Under the pieces are notes generated by a model. The model was given only the letters and a program-made list of their open reading frames with translations. It was not told the DNA's origin and ran no database searches. This document shows positions 9,834 to 19,274 of a stretch of DNA of 64,000 nucleotides, in pieces. The stretch is from Candidatus Latescibacterota bacterium. GTDB taxonomy: Bacteria; Krumholzibacteriota; Krumholzibacteriia; WVZY01. The stretch is from assembly GCA_963791045.1 (NCBI GenBank), contig CAWBQK010000018.1:134405-198404 (forward strand). Reading direction: 5' to 3'. The translations under genes were made by a program, and so were the position numbers. Every line of letters begins with the position of its first letter. Within the stretch, counting starts at the first letter, position 1.

Positions 9834-11333
9834 TTGATAACACTTCTCTGTCGCAGCCCAATTAGAGCTTGCCGCGCGAGCGTCCTCGTGTTGCTCCTGG
9901 TGTTCCTGTCGGTCTCCGTCGCCGTTCCCGCCGCTCTTTGCGTCGACAGGGAGTGTTTTATGATCCTTGTGGGGAAGGACGCTACGACGGACGGCTCGGT
10001 CCTGCTGGCTCACAACAACGACCTCTCGGGCACCGAGGTTTCACTCGTGGAGAAGCACCCGCGCCGCGAACACGCCCTCGGTGAAACCGTGGTATTTCCA
10101 ACAGGACTCGAAATACCCGAATCACCCATGACGTTTGAATGGCTCGTCCTCAGAATCGCAGTGGGTTTTGACGAGGGTGATGCCGTTGCTATCAATGAAC
10201 ACCAGGTTGCGATCGCCGGCGGTGTCGCGCTGGGCCGTGACCGTCTCAAACGTGCGGAGAAGGCTGATCCTCTTGTTACGGGTGGGTTGACGGGGGGTGT
10301 GCGCTATATCGCGCTCCAGCGTTCCAAAACGGCGCGTGAGTGCGTGGAAATGGTGGGTCGCTGGTACACCCGGTATGGCGTGACGTATCCGAGCGGCTTT
10401 GGCGTCGCGGATCCTGATGAAATCTGGTACATCGAGTCGGGAGGAGGGCGCAGTTGGGCTGCGGTTCGAATTCCGGACGACTGTTACTGGATCCAGGCCA
10501 ACGGGTATCGTATCGGTGTTATCGATCCATCGGACACACTGAATGTGATTACGTCGCCGGGTCTTCTCGATTTTTGCAAGACGCAACGTTTGTGGAATCC
10601 CGAAGAGGGACCGTTCAGTTTCAAAACGGCTTTCGGCGGAAAATACAACAGCACGCCGGGAAAGGTCAGATACAACACCCGCCGTGTCTGGAGGGGTATG
10701 GACATTTTGAGCCCCTCGCTTGATCTCGACCCTGATGCGGATGAGTTTCCGATGACGGCCCGCCCCGATCTCCCCGTCTCCATAGAGACGCTTGCTGGTA
10801 TTCTAAGGGATCATTATGAGGGTACGCCCTTCGACGGTTATCCCGCCGACGGACATGGTTCAGGAGAGCGTTTGATATGTTCTCCCACGTGTGTTCATAC
10901 CGATGTGATCCAACTGCGTCGAAGTCTGCCGGCGGACATCGGTGCTGTGATGTGGGTGGGGTTGAGCCGGCCCGACGCGGCCATTTACGTTCCGTTCTAT
11001 TTCGGGATCGATGAAGTGCCGGAACGGTACGGGTGTGCGGATGAGGCGTGTGGTTCCGCGTTCAAAAGCTTTGAACGTCTCTCCAACCTGGTGCTTGCAA
11101 ATTACTCGTTAGGCAGTTCGAAAGTAATTCGAGGACGCGAGCATCTGGAAGCCGGCGCGTTCTCGCTACAGAGTACAATTGACGAATCCGCGTCCGAATT
11201 GTACGAGAAGGATCCCTCTCTTGCCCGGGCGTTTCTTTCAACTTATGTCGGGGGGCTTTGCGCTGAATCGCTGGACCTGGCGGCCCGCCTGATTCGAGAA
11301 CTGGAGACTGTATCCGGCGCGAGTCATGAATGA
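9834..11333 (+). CDS. Secreted peptidase C69 family (dipeptidase/secernin-like Ntn hydrolase)
   Basis: Hydrophobic signal region, then CFMILVGKDATTDGSVLLAHNND, INEHQVAI, ADPDEIWYIE, YNTRRVWRG, YVPFY. Confidence 0.82.
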   Translation: MITLLCRSPIRACRASVLVLLLVFLSVSVAVPAALCVDRECFMILVGKDATTDGSVLLAHNNDLSGTEVSLVEKHPRREHALGETVVFPTGLEIPESPMTFEWLVLRIAVGFDEGDAVAINEHQVAIAGGVALGRDRLKRAEKADPLVTGGLTGGVRYIALQRSKTARECVEMVGRWYTRYGVTYPSGFGVADPDEIWYIESGGGRSWAAVRIPDDCYWIQANGYRIGVIDPSDTLNVITSPGLLDFCKTQRLWNPEEGPFSFKTAFGGKYNSTPGKVRYNTRRVWRGMDILSPSLDLDPDADEFPMTARPDLPVSIETLAGILRDHYEGTPFDGYPADGHGSGERLICSPTCVHTDVIQLRRSLPADIGAVMWVGLSRPDAAIYVPFYFGIDEVPERYGCADEACGSAFKSFERLSNLVLANYSLGSSKVIRGREHLEAGAFSLQSTIDESASELYEKDPSLARAFLSTYVGGLCAESLDLAARLIRELETVSGASHE

Positions 11334-11356
11334 CCGGCGAGTGGGGAAGGAGCCTG

Positions 11357-11381
11357 CCGGCTCATACGGAAAAGAGAGCCG
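11357..11381. terminator. Hairpin between convergent genes
   Basis: CCGGCTC-N11-GAGCCGG; no long U tract. Confidence 0.3.
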
Positions 11382-11421
11382 GGCGTTAGAGGATTGATAC
11401 GACCTTCAAGAATCTCCCAGA

Positions 11422-12015
11422 CTACCTTACGATCCAGTTTAGCGCTCCGCGATGGAACACACGCCACAACGTTGACGTCAGCCGTGCCATGGTGTCGCCG
11501 GTTTGAACGTGCTCGCGGGCGGCCTTGAATCTGTCGGGAAGCACGATACGAAACGAAATGTCCATACCGCTTTCATGCCAATTCTCAGTGCCCGTCGTTT
11601 GAATCTTCACATCCTTGCCGCTGCGAGTGACCTGGATGTTGATCGGTTCCGCGGGAGAACTCTTGAGACCGCCGCGTGTCACGCGTTTTGTCTTCTTCAC
11701 GATTACGAGCACTTCGTCGCCGTCCCATGTCTCAATTTTTACGTCAGTCGTCGGCGAATCGACATCGATCACGCCGCCCTCCTCGAGATCTATCGACATG
11801 GTTACCGACTCAACCTCGGTATCGTATTCCGTCTGGTCCGGGTTCTCACAAACCTGTTCTTCGGACGCGCACGCGTCGGCGTTGCACGAAGCGCCGTACG
11901 AGTAGCCGATCGTCCAAACCAGAACGATGAGCACAAGCGCGATGAAAGATAAGAACAGGGGAACCCGCGATTCCACCGGACGGGCGACTGCGGTGGTGAG
12001 CGATTTCTTTTTCAT
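11422..12015 (-). CDS. Membrane-anchored hypothetical protein with DUF4097-like beta-strand segment
   Basis: MKKKS start after GGAG, one TM helix, then GGVIDVDSPTTDVKIETWDGDEVLVIVKK resembling DUF4097/adhesin-like domains. Confidence 0.55.
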   Translation of the reverse strand: MKKKSLTTAVARPVESRVPLFLSFIALVLIVLVWTIGYSYGASCNADACASEEQVCENPDQTEYDTEVESVTMSIDLEEGGVIDVDSPTTDVKIETWDGDEVLVIVKKTKRVTRGGLKSSPAEPINIQVTRSGKDVKIQTTGTENWHESGMDISFRIVLPDRFKAAREHVQTGDTMARLTSTLWRVFHRGALNWIVR

Positions 12016-12225
12016 CGTCCGCTCCAAACTGTGGGGATAGGTGAAAATGTTTTTCCCCGGGGGGGAACACCTCGACAACGCTCCCAACCTGCGGGTGTTC
12101 GAGCAAAGAGGTGAGGCAGGGTCAGACGGCCGGTTGCAGAAGTTAATCTTAAGATCGTTGATGAGATTCTTTTTGTCAATACCTGCAACTCGCCTTTTTT
12201 GAATGATTTTGCGCTGTCTTACCCT

Positions 12226-12255
12226 TTAGACGCCCGAGCCATGAATATGGTTGCA
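12226..12255 (-). promoter_or_regulatory. Putative ECF sigma factor promoter for the gene at 11422-12015
   Basis: Minus strand reads TGCAAC-N17-CGTC(TAA), matching the AAC/CGT ECF pattern. Confidence 0.5.
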
Positions 12256-12269
12256 AGTTTTTTTTATAG

Positions 12270-12305
12270 CTGACAAAAATCAATGAAATTATTGATAAAT
12301 GTCAA
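12270..12305. promoter_or_regulatory. Two FNR/CRP-family-like boxes
   Basis: CTGAC-AAAA-ATCAA (12270-12283) and TTGAT-AAAT-GTCAA (12292-12305), versus FNR consensus TTGAT-N4-ATCAA. Confidence 0.45.
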
Positions 12306-12431
12306 TAACGCTAATGTTTTGGTGGGGCGAAAGGCAATTTACCGGGCTTGAAACCTCGGGTAGGTCCGATGTACAATTATGACGGCCGGTTTGCGGGTGT
12401 CCTTTCTGGTACGAACTCGGATTGGAGCGCA

Positions 12432-13016
12432 ATGAAAACTCTCGGAATCTTGCTTGCCGTGCTGACGGCGGCGATAATCTGCCCGGTCTCAGACGTTTTT
12501 GCCTCGGAAGGTCATGAGGCAAAAAGGGAGAGTTTTGTGGTCGGCTTCGGCGCCGGTTGGGGGAATGCGGGAGCCGATTTGACGACCGTTGAAGAAGTCG
12601 ATCGGCAAAACGGAGTCGTCGGTAATTTGCGACTGGGTTGGGCGGTGAAAAACGAGATGGTGTTCGGCGTCGATTTCGATATCTGGTCGGAGCTATCCGG
12701 GGATACACGTTGGATTTTCAATCTGAGCGCGGCAACGTTCACGTATTTTCCGTTCAATAAGAATGCGTTCATCATCGGTGGAGTTGGAATCGGAACTTCT
12801 CGAGTGGAAGTGGCTGGAGGGGGGACCGTTGAATATCAGGACCAGGCAGGTCCCGGTTACTTTGTTGGCGCGGGATACGAGTGGTGGGTAGTGGATGAAG
12901 TCGCGGTGGGTGCGCAGACAAAGTGGGCGTATCTCGATATGGATGGCGACGTCACGAAGAGTGCGGACTATTTTTCAATTATGTTGCAGCTGACCTGGTA
13001 TAAGCCAAAGAACTGA
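12432..13016 (+). CDS. Outer membrane beta-barrel protein (8-strand OMP-like)
   Basis: Signal peptide, alternating amphipathic strands (FVGAGYEW), C-terminal LQLTWY; GGAG RBS. Confidence 0.75.
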   Translation: MKTLGILLAVLTAAIICPVSDVFASEGHEAKRESFVVGFGAGWGNAGADLTTVEEVDRQNGVVGNLRLGWAVKNEMVFGVDFDIWSELSGDTRWIFNLSAATFTYFPFNKNAFIIGGVGIGTSRVEVAGGGTVEYQDQAGPGYFVGAGYEWWVVDEVAVGAQTKWAYLDMDGDVTKSADYFSIMLQLTWYKPKN

Positions 13017-13070
13017 CCGGGTTCACAGCACCGAATCATGATCCGGCCAGGCGGCGGCGAATCCGAGGAT

Positions 13071-13098
13071 CCGGCGGAAACATTCCGCCGGGTTTTTT
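13071..13098 (+). terminator. Intrinsic terminator-like hairpin
   Basis: CCGGCGGAA-ACA-TTCCGCCGG followed by GTTTTTT. Confidence 0.6.
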
Positions 13099-13104
13099 GA
13101 AGCT

Positions 13105-13872
13105 ATGAGTAAAACAAAGAAAACAATTCTGGGAGTATTTGCCCACCCGGACGACGAATCGATGGGGCCCGGGGGGACTTTGGCGAAGTATGCGGCTGAG
13201 GGCCACACGGTAAAATTCATTTCGGCAACCGACGGCGGCGCCGGTCGTCTTTACGAGGAACGCCCCGTGGATAACACGGCGCTCCGGGACGCACGCAGGC
13301 AAGAAACTATTGCCGCCGCCGGAATTCTCGGTGTCGAATGTCTCGGATTTCTGGGGTGGGAAGACGGAAAGCTCGCTGGGTTGGACATACTTGATGTCGA
13401 GCTGCGGATCGCGGAATTGATCCGGCGGGAAAAACCGGATGTTGTTATCACGTTCCACGCGTCAGGGATCTCTTATCATCCCGACCACAGGGTCATCGCG
13501 CTCGCCCTGATGGGCGCGTTTTGTGGAGCGGGGCACGAGGGCTGGTACGCGGATCCGGTAGTCGAAGGCGTTCCTCCGCACGCCGCATCGAAACTCTACT
13601 TTTTCACGCTTGTTCGGTCACAGATAGACAGGGTCGAATGGCCCCGGGAAGTTTACGCCTCACCCGACAATGAAGTGACGACCGCTATAGATACGAGCGG
13701 GACCGCGGAGGTCAGATGGCGGGCGATACAGGCGCACAAGACGCAGAGGAACGGACCGCCGTTCGAGGCGCTGTACAGCGCGGGCATCTTTGACCAGGAA
13801 TCATTTGTCAGGATTTTCCCGACCCCTTGTCCCGGCGACGCGTTGGAAGACGATCTTTTGGCCGGGCTCTGA
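13105..13872 (+). CDS. PIG-L/LmbE family N-acetyl deacetylase (MshB/BshB-like)
   Basis: AHPDDES and HPDH metal-binding motifs, AHKTQ. Confidence 0.88.
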   Translation: MSKTKKTILGVFAHPDDESMGPGGTLAKYAAEGHTVKFISATDGGAGRLYEERPVDNTALRDARRQETIAAAGILGVECLGFLGWEDGKLAGLDILDVELRIAELIRREKPDVVITFHASGISYHPDHRVIALALMGAFCGAGHEGWYADPVVEGVPPHAASKLYFFTLVRSQIDRVEWPREVYASPDNEVTTAIDTSGTAEVRWRAIQAHKTQRNGPPFEALYSAGIFDQESFVRIFPTPCPGDALEDDLLAGL

Positions 13873-13899
13873 CCCTTCGAAACATCTTCGAAACACAAG

Positions 13900-15030
13900 C
13901 TACCGATTCTCGAGAGTTGATAACGTGTAGACGGCAAACGAGGCGAGCCAGTGCTCGCCTTCATAGTTGCCGCTCGTAATGTGCGCGAGCGCATCGGCGG
14001 CATGACGTTCAGCTGAGGCGGCAAGGGTGTTTCTTGCCGGGCTTTCGGCCGGCAACGCGGACACGATCCCGGCCATACACCAGGCGCGGCTGAGGTTGAG
14101 ACCATCGAGATGCACGATCTTGGGATCGGTCCGATCCGCGACGGTTGCCGGAGTGATTATCTCTTCGGGGATTGTGGGCAAGAATCCATCGAACCATTCG
14201 GCGAATTCCGCGGGACCGAGCACGCGGCGCATCAAGTCGGCCTCCATCAAGGCCGGAGAGAAAAAGTCTTCTCCGCCCGGCTCCCAGTTCGCCGGATAAT
14301 CTGTGTCAGACGCGAAATATTTTTTGCCGCGCTCGACAAGAACCGTTTCGAGCTCCTCGTTCCCGGTTGTTCGAGCGAAATCCAATGCGAACGCGATTCC
14401 GAACGCTGTATTTGGGTGGACGCCGGTCCGGATCGGATACGTTTGTCTCGGTAAAAAATCGATGTATCGCGATGCCAGCAGCTGGATGAGTGGGTCGAGA
14501 CTCGCATACCATTGTTTTCCATCCGGGTCATCCCACGTATAAAGTTCCTCGCCGAGTTTTAGCAACCATGCCCAACCGTACGTGCGTTCGAACGATTTGC
14601 GATTTGGTTCTTCGAAGTACGCTACTTCCTTCTCAATGTTTTCCGGCGTGAGATTGTGATTCAGGGCCGCCCTGATCGGTGCGTCCGTCTCGATGTCGGG
14701 GAAAAGCTTGAGAACTCGAACGAGCATCCAGTGTCCGTGGACGGCCGAATGCCAGTCAAAACACCCGTAAAAAGCGGGATGAAGCACCTGGGGGTTCTGG
14801 ACTTCGTCTTCGTCGTTCAATACGTGCGACGGTTTGTTTGGATATTCGCGTTGAACACAACCGAGCGCGAGCTCCGAAAGTCCGGCGGCAACTTCGGATG
14901 TCAGCGCCGGCGTGCCTGAGATATGGGAGGTTGGATCGGGCTCCGCGTTGGTGCCCGTTTCAACAAGCACACCGAGAACAAAACCGAGCGCCGTAACTGC
15001 TACTACGAGTGCGATGAATATCTTGCCCAT
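13900..15030 (-). CDS. DUF2891 family protein, secreted
   Basis: HPAFYGCFDWHSAVHGHW, FERTYGWAW, HLDGLNLSRAW, YEGEHWLASFAVY. Confidence 0.82.
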   Translation of the reverse strand: MGKIFIALVVAVTALGFVLGVLVETGTNAEPDPTSHISGTPALTSEVAAGLSELALGCVQREYPNKPSHVLNDEDEVQNPQVLHPAFYGCFDWHSAVHGHWMLVRVLKLFPDIETDAPIRAALNHNLTPENIEKEVAYFEEPNRKSFERTYGWAWLLKLGEELYTWDDPDGKQWYASLDPLIQLLASRYIDFLPRQTYPIRTGVHPNTAFGIAFALDFARTTGNEELETVLVERGKKYFASDTDYPANWEPGGEDFFSPALMEADLMRRVLGPAEFAEWFDGFLPTIPEEIITPATVADRTDPKIVHLDGLNLSRAWCMAGIVSALPAESPARNTLAASAERHAADALAHITSGNYEGEHWLASFAVYTLSTLENR

Positions 15031-15251
15031 GGGCCCTCCCCGATTGATGAAGTGTTGATGTTCGGGTTTATTTAACCATTCCTGTCTGGATATCGATAAC
15101 CAAAATTTCAAGGTTCGTCTGCAAACCTTTATCCCATGGATATCGGGGTCTGGGGGACGGTGCAAACCTGCGCTATCCGGCCTATACTATGGGTGATGGG
15201 AGAGGTTGGGGAGGGGCTCACCGAAGCACGAGTCCAGGGAAAGGAGAGGTT

Positions 15252-15716
15252 ATGAAAGTGTCCGATATCATGAACCGCCGCCCCGTGACAGTGGATCCGG
15301 AGACAATGCTTCGCGATGTCGTACAAATAATGCTGAGATTTCACCTGAACGATGTCCTCGTCGTTGACGAGCAGCGGTTGTTGGGGATCGTCACCTACAA
15401 GGATATTTTCCGGAAGCTGCTTCCCGGCGACAGTGAAGTTACACAGCACGCGACGCGGTGGACCGATCCCGAGGCGATAGAGGATCGGCTGCTCGCCGTG
15501 GCGAGGATGCCCGCGCGGGAAATCATGACCACACGACTCCACACCGTCGATTCAAATTCGACTGCGATTCGCGCCGGATCCACGATGAATCTCCGCAGCG
15601 TCAAGCAGCTTCCCGTTGTCGACGACGGCCAGTTGGTTGGCATCGTGAGCTATACCGACATCACCTGGGGACTGATGGTTAAGTATTACAAGGGGTCGTA
15701 CTACCGATCGTCTTGA
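15252..15716 (+). CDS. CBS domain pair protein
   Basis: MKVSDIMNRRPVTV...LLGIVTYKDI and REIMTT...LPVVDDGQLVGIVSYTDI; AAGGAG RBS. Confidence 0.88.
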   Translation: MKVSDIMNRRPVTVDPETMLRDVVQIMLRFHLNDVLVVDEQRLLGIVTYKDIFRKLLPGDSEVTQHATRWTDPEAIEDRLLAVARMPAREIMTTRLHTVDSNSTAIRAGSTMNLRSVKQLPVVDDGQLVGIVSYTDITWGLMVKYYKGSYYRSS

Positions 15717-15725
15717 CCGGCGCTT

Positions 15726-16313
15726 TTACGCGTCGTTCCAGAGATCCTGGGCCTCGCGGCGTTTCTGATCCTCTTCGGCCGCTCGAATTTCGGATCTGAG
15801 AAAAATACCCTTTCGTACCAGCGAGCGGTACCTGTCGATCAGAGTCGTCAACGATTCAGGCCATTCGTTCGGGTCGGGGACGTCGGAGTCGAATTTGTCC
15901 GATGCGGGTAGGTAACCGTGGCGTTTGAGGATCGGCTTGATTTCATTGGCGACGGTAAGTATTGATGCTACGAGTTCCTTGGGCGGGCCCTTGGCAAAAT
16001 CCACGTTACTCCATTGATCTCCCTGGGACCTGTGTGTCCAGAAGTTCGCCGCGCCGATCATTCGAACCACGAGTCCGTTCGTGTTGTCGTCGATTCTTTT
16101 GAGTTCAACTTTCATCTGGGCGAGCGAGGAAGGGCCCAGACTCCTCGTGTGATCGTAGTACTTCATCACATAAAATTCGCCGCACCTCCAATACCAGCTC
16201 TTCACGAACTTCTCGACTTCAGTCAAGAACGCGAGCGTGACGAATTCCATTTCTTGAAGAAGTTTCTTCAGTTCGGTGGTGGAATTCACGGGCGTTTCAG
16301 TCGGCTGCGGCAT
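15726..16313 (-). CDS. Hypothetical helical protein
   Basis: 195-aa ORF with AAGGAG RBS and protein-like composition; no recognised motif. Confidence 0.6.
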   Translation of the reverse strand: MPQPTETPVNSTTELKKLLQEMEFVTLAFLTEVEKFVKSWYWRCGEFYVMKYYDHTRSLGPSSLAQMKVELKRIDDNTNGLVVRMIGAANFWTHRSQGDQWSNVDFAKGPPKELVASILTVANEIKPILKRHGYLPASDKFDSDVPDPNEWPESLTTLIDRYRSLVRKGIFLRSEIRAAEEDQKRREAQDLWNDA

Positions 16314-16547
16314 CGATGGTTGCTCCTTTTGACGATATGCGGTTGAGCCTCGACCCGGAGGGGACTGGGCCGGGCGCAGTGTGGCGTCAAGGAATGTGCG
16401 AGAAGCGTGCCACAAATCGAACCTGGCCCGGTTGGCGTAACTGTTGTGGACGTTATATTTTATGCCGTGTGTCGTGCTGCGTTGACACGTGGGAGGAAGG
16501 CGCTTTCGAGGTGAATCTGCAAGCGTCGTGCGAGAACGCAGGCGGTA

Positions 16548-18710
16548 TCAGTTTTTTTTCTTCCCGGCGACACCCATGAATATGTCCTGGGCGGCGCGGT
16601 GAGGTTCGTCGTTTTCCGGTATACGTTTTGTGTAGGCGCCATCCGGATTGCAGTCCCATGCCGAACAATTGTCGTTGTCATAAACGTCGAGTATTTCCGA
16701 AAGCTCTTTTTTTGTATGACCGTCGAGCACCGGAGTGATGGTTTCGACACGACGGTCGAGATTTCTTCGCATCCAGTCCGCCGACCCGATAAAATATTCG
16801 GAATCCCCTTCGTTGGCAAACTCGAATATCCGGCTGTGTTCGAGGAAACGACCGACGATGGCGACCACGCGAATGTTGTCGGACAGCCCCTTGACCCCCG
16901 GCCTGAGACAACACAAACCTCGGACATGCAAAGTGACGGGCACACCGGCCTGACTCGCTTTGTAGAGCTCGCGAATAACTCCCTGATCCTGGATCTGGTT
17001 CATTTTCGCGCGGATCCCCGAAGTTTTACCCGCCTTCGCGTTTTCCGCCTCGCGTCGAATCAGTGAAACAAATTTGTCCCGCATATAAACGGGCGCCACG
17101 AGGAGTTTCTGATAGTCGGTGTGCGGCGTCGCGCCGGTCAGCGCGTTGAATACCGCTGCCGCATCGTCGCAGATCTCCGGGTCGCAGGTCAGAATTCCAA
17201 CGTCTTCGTAAATCCTGGCCGTACCCGTGTGGTAATTGCCCGTGCCCACGTGGACATAGCGCTTAACCTCTCCGCCTTCTTCGCGAACGACGAGCGCGAG
17301 TTTGACGTGTGTTTTGAGCCGTTCGACACCGTAAGCGACATGAACCCCTTCTTTTTCCAGGTATTCGCCCCACGCGATGTTAGGCGCCTCGTCAAAGCGA
17401 GCCGTTACTTCGACGAGCACTGCTACTTGTTTGCCGCGCCGGACGGCATCGACGAGCGCCGTGACGATCGGGGAGCCGGGACTAGTTCGATAAATGGTGA
17501 TCTTGATGGCGAGGACGGTTGGATCCTCCGCCGCGGATTCGATAAAACGCAGCACCGACGTGTCGAAGCTGTGATAAGGATGATGGAGAAGAACATCACC
17601 GCGGCGAACCTCGTCGAAAATGGCGGACGGATTGTCTTCTTCAATCTCCAAAAGGCGTGGGTGGGTCACAGGTTCATGGGTCGGATAAAGGAGATCTTCG
17701 TGCCCGGGGACGTCAAATTTGAGGAAATCGCTAAGCCGGGTTATCGGGCCTAGAGGATATATGTCCTCGTTGTCGACACCGAGTTGTGCGGCGAGCCACT
17801 TGAGTCGTTTCTTCGGCATGCGCTGGTCTACCTGGAGTCTGACAATCCCGGCAAAACGGCGCGCCTTTAGTTCGTTGGAAACCAGGCGTATGATGCTCCC
17901 AGGCTCCTTGAGTGTTTCCTCGAAGGCGCCGTTCGCGTCGGTCGAAGGATCGCCTTCAGCGCCCCTTGTAACGCGAAACAGATAAGTTGCGCGGGCTTCC
18001 GCCGCTGGAAACATAAGATCGAGATTTGACGAGATGACCTGCTCTATCGGAACGAAGCCGGTATCGTCGGGCAAAGGCACCCAACGCGGCCGATTGGCGG
18101 GTATCTTGATCCGAATAAACCGTTCCCGGTTATTCGGCTCGTCCGTTACAAGAACGGCGATGTTTATCCCATGGTTGCTGATAAAAGGGAACGGATGCTC
18201 CGCGTCGACGGCCAACGGCGTCAGAATCGGCTGGACCGATTGTTTAAAATAATTTCGCAGGTGTTTTTTTGATTTCTTGTCGAGATCGTCATATTCGACG
18301 AGCGGGATGCCGTGTTTTTTCAGTTCGACGCGGAGGCTGTCATCGATGACTCGTGTCAACGCCTCCGCTTGATCGGCCAGCTCACTCCTGCAGGCGTCAA
18401 ATTGTTCTCGCGGCGTCCGTCCGTCGACGGCGGTCTTCTTCGATCCTTTTCTGATCTGTCTTTTGAGTCCGCTCATCCTCTTCATGAAAAACTCATCATG
18501 GAGCGTTCCCATGATTCCCGCAAACTTGATCCTCTCGAGGATGGGCAGCTCGCCGTCTTCGACAAGCGCGAGCACACGGCGGGCAAAGCTCAGCCAGCTC
18601 AACTCCCGGTTGATGTACGCTTCCGGAGAGTCCGGGGCGATCGATGGTCCTTTTTGCGTTTTCTCTTTCATTTCGGTCGTATGGGCTTCGGTTACGGTAT
18701 GGGTCTGCAT
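16548..18710 (-). CDS. ppk1: Polyphosphate kinase 1
   Basis: NRELSWLSF, DEFFMKR, HPFPFISN, LLHHPYHSF, ARFDEAPN, KTHVKL, GTGNY, GRFLEHSR, SADWMRRNLDRRVE. Start at ATG 18710 after GGAG. Confidence 0.95.
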   Translation of the reverse strand: MQTHTVTEAHTTEMKEKTQKGPSIAPDSPEAYINRELSWLSFARRVLALVEDGELPILERIKFAGIMGTLHDEFFMKRMSGLKRQIRKGSKKTAVDGRTPREQFDACRSELADQAEALTRVIDDSLRVELKKHGIPLVEYDDLDKKSKKHLRNYFKQSVQPILTPLAVDAEHPFPFISNHGINIAVLVTDEPNNRERFIRIKIPANRPRWVPLPDDTGFVPIEQVISSNLDLMFPAAEARATYLFRVTRGAEGDPSTDANGAFEETLKEPGSIIRLVSNELKARRFAGIVRLQVDQRMPKKRLKWLAAQLGVDNEDIYPLGPITRLSDFLKFDVPGHEDLLYPTHEPVTHPRLLEIEEDNPSAIFDEVRRGDVLLHHPYHSFDTSVLRFIESAAEDPTVLAIKITIYRTSPGSPIVTALVDAVRRGKQVAVLVEVTARFDEAPNIAWGEYLEKEGVHVAYGVERLKTHVKLALVVREEGGEVKRYVHVGTGNYHTGTARIYEDVGILTCDPEICDDAAAVFNALTGATPHTDYQKLLVAPVYMRDKFVSLIRREAENAKAGKTSGIRAKMNQIQDQGVIRELYKASQAGVPVTLHVRGLCCLRPGVKGLSDNIRVVAIVGRFLEHSRIFEFANEGDSEYFIGSADWMRRNLDRRVETITPVLDGHTKKELSEILDVYDNDNCSAWDCNPDGAYTKRIPENDEPHRAAQDIFMGVAGKKKN

Positions 18711-18942
18711 GGAACAGTCTCCGGTCCTGGGGGCGATCCGACTCTGAATTAAGCGATGACGGGTTGTCGCAAAGCGTTGGCCGCAGGAACTCCAGACTGT
18801 GAGTTTTGGTGGATGAGCGTTGCAGGAATTGTACCGCAAATCACGAGGTGGCCGCAACCAGGTTCGCAATCGTGTGCTGAGAAGGTGAATAGGGAGCAAG
18901 ATCGGGCAAAAACAGTGAGCAGACAAAAATGTGCTTGGTCTC

Positions 18943-18971
18943 TCGACACCCGGCGGTTTGCTTGCTATAAT
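18943..18971 (+). promoter_or_regulatory. sigma70 promoter with extended -10, driving the candidate sRNA
   Basis: TCGACA-N17-TATAAT with TG immediately upstream (TGCTATAAT). Confidence 0.65.
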
Positions 18972-18977
18972 ATGAAC

Positions 18978-19085
18978 AGAGAGCCGTGATACCGGCTCAG
19001 TGGCATTATCGAAGTAGTGAAGATGTTTCAAAGTTCCGATAATGCCGTCCTCCCCCCACGAAAGCGCGTGGGGGGAGATTTTTTT
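18978..19085 (+). ncRNA. Candidate ~110-nt small RNA with three hairpins
   Basis: Promoter upstream; GAGCCG/CGGCTC stem; GGCATTATCG/CGATAATGCC stem; CTCCCCCCACG/CGTGGGGGGAG terminator plus T7; no ORF. Confidence 0.55.
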
Positions 19086-19274
19086 CCGTAAACCGTATAG
19101 TGTTTGCTTAGCTTTTGCGGTCGCTTCGGTTGCGGCGGTTTTTGCCCCCGAATGCCTGATGAACTCGCTCGCCGGTTGCGGGCGTTGTGACGCCTGATTT
19201 TGAGCTCCTGAAAATATTTTGTTTTTGTTCCCAAATCGCTTAGTGTACTAGGCCAATCGGCCGAGGTTTCCGGT

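Noticed and set aside
18711-19031. 107-aa N-terminal extension of Ppk1 in the ORF track
   Set aside because: Not protein-like, a better RBS-supported ATG lies at 18710, and the region holds a divergent promoter and RNA hairpins.
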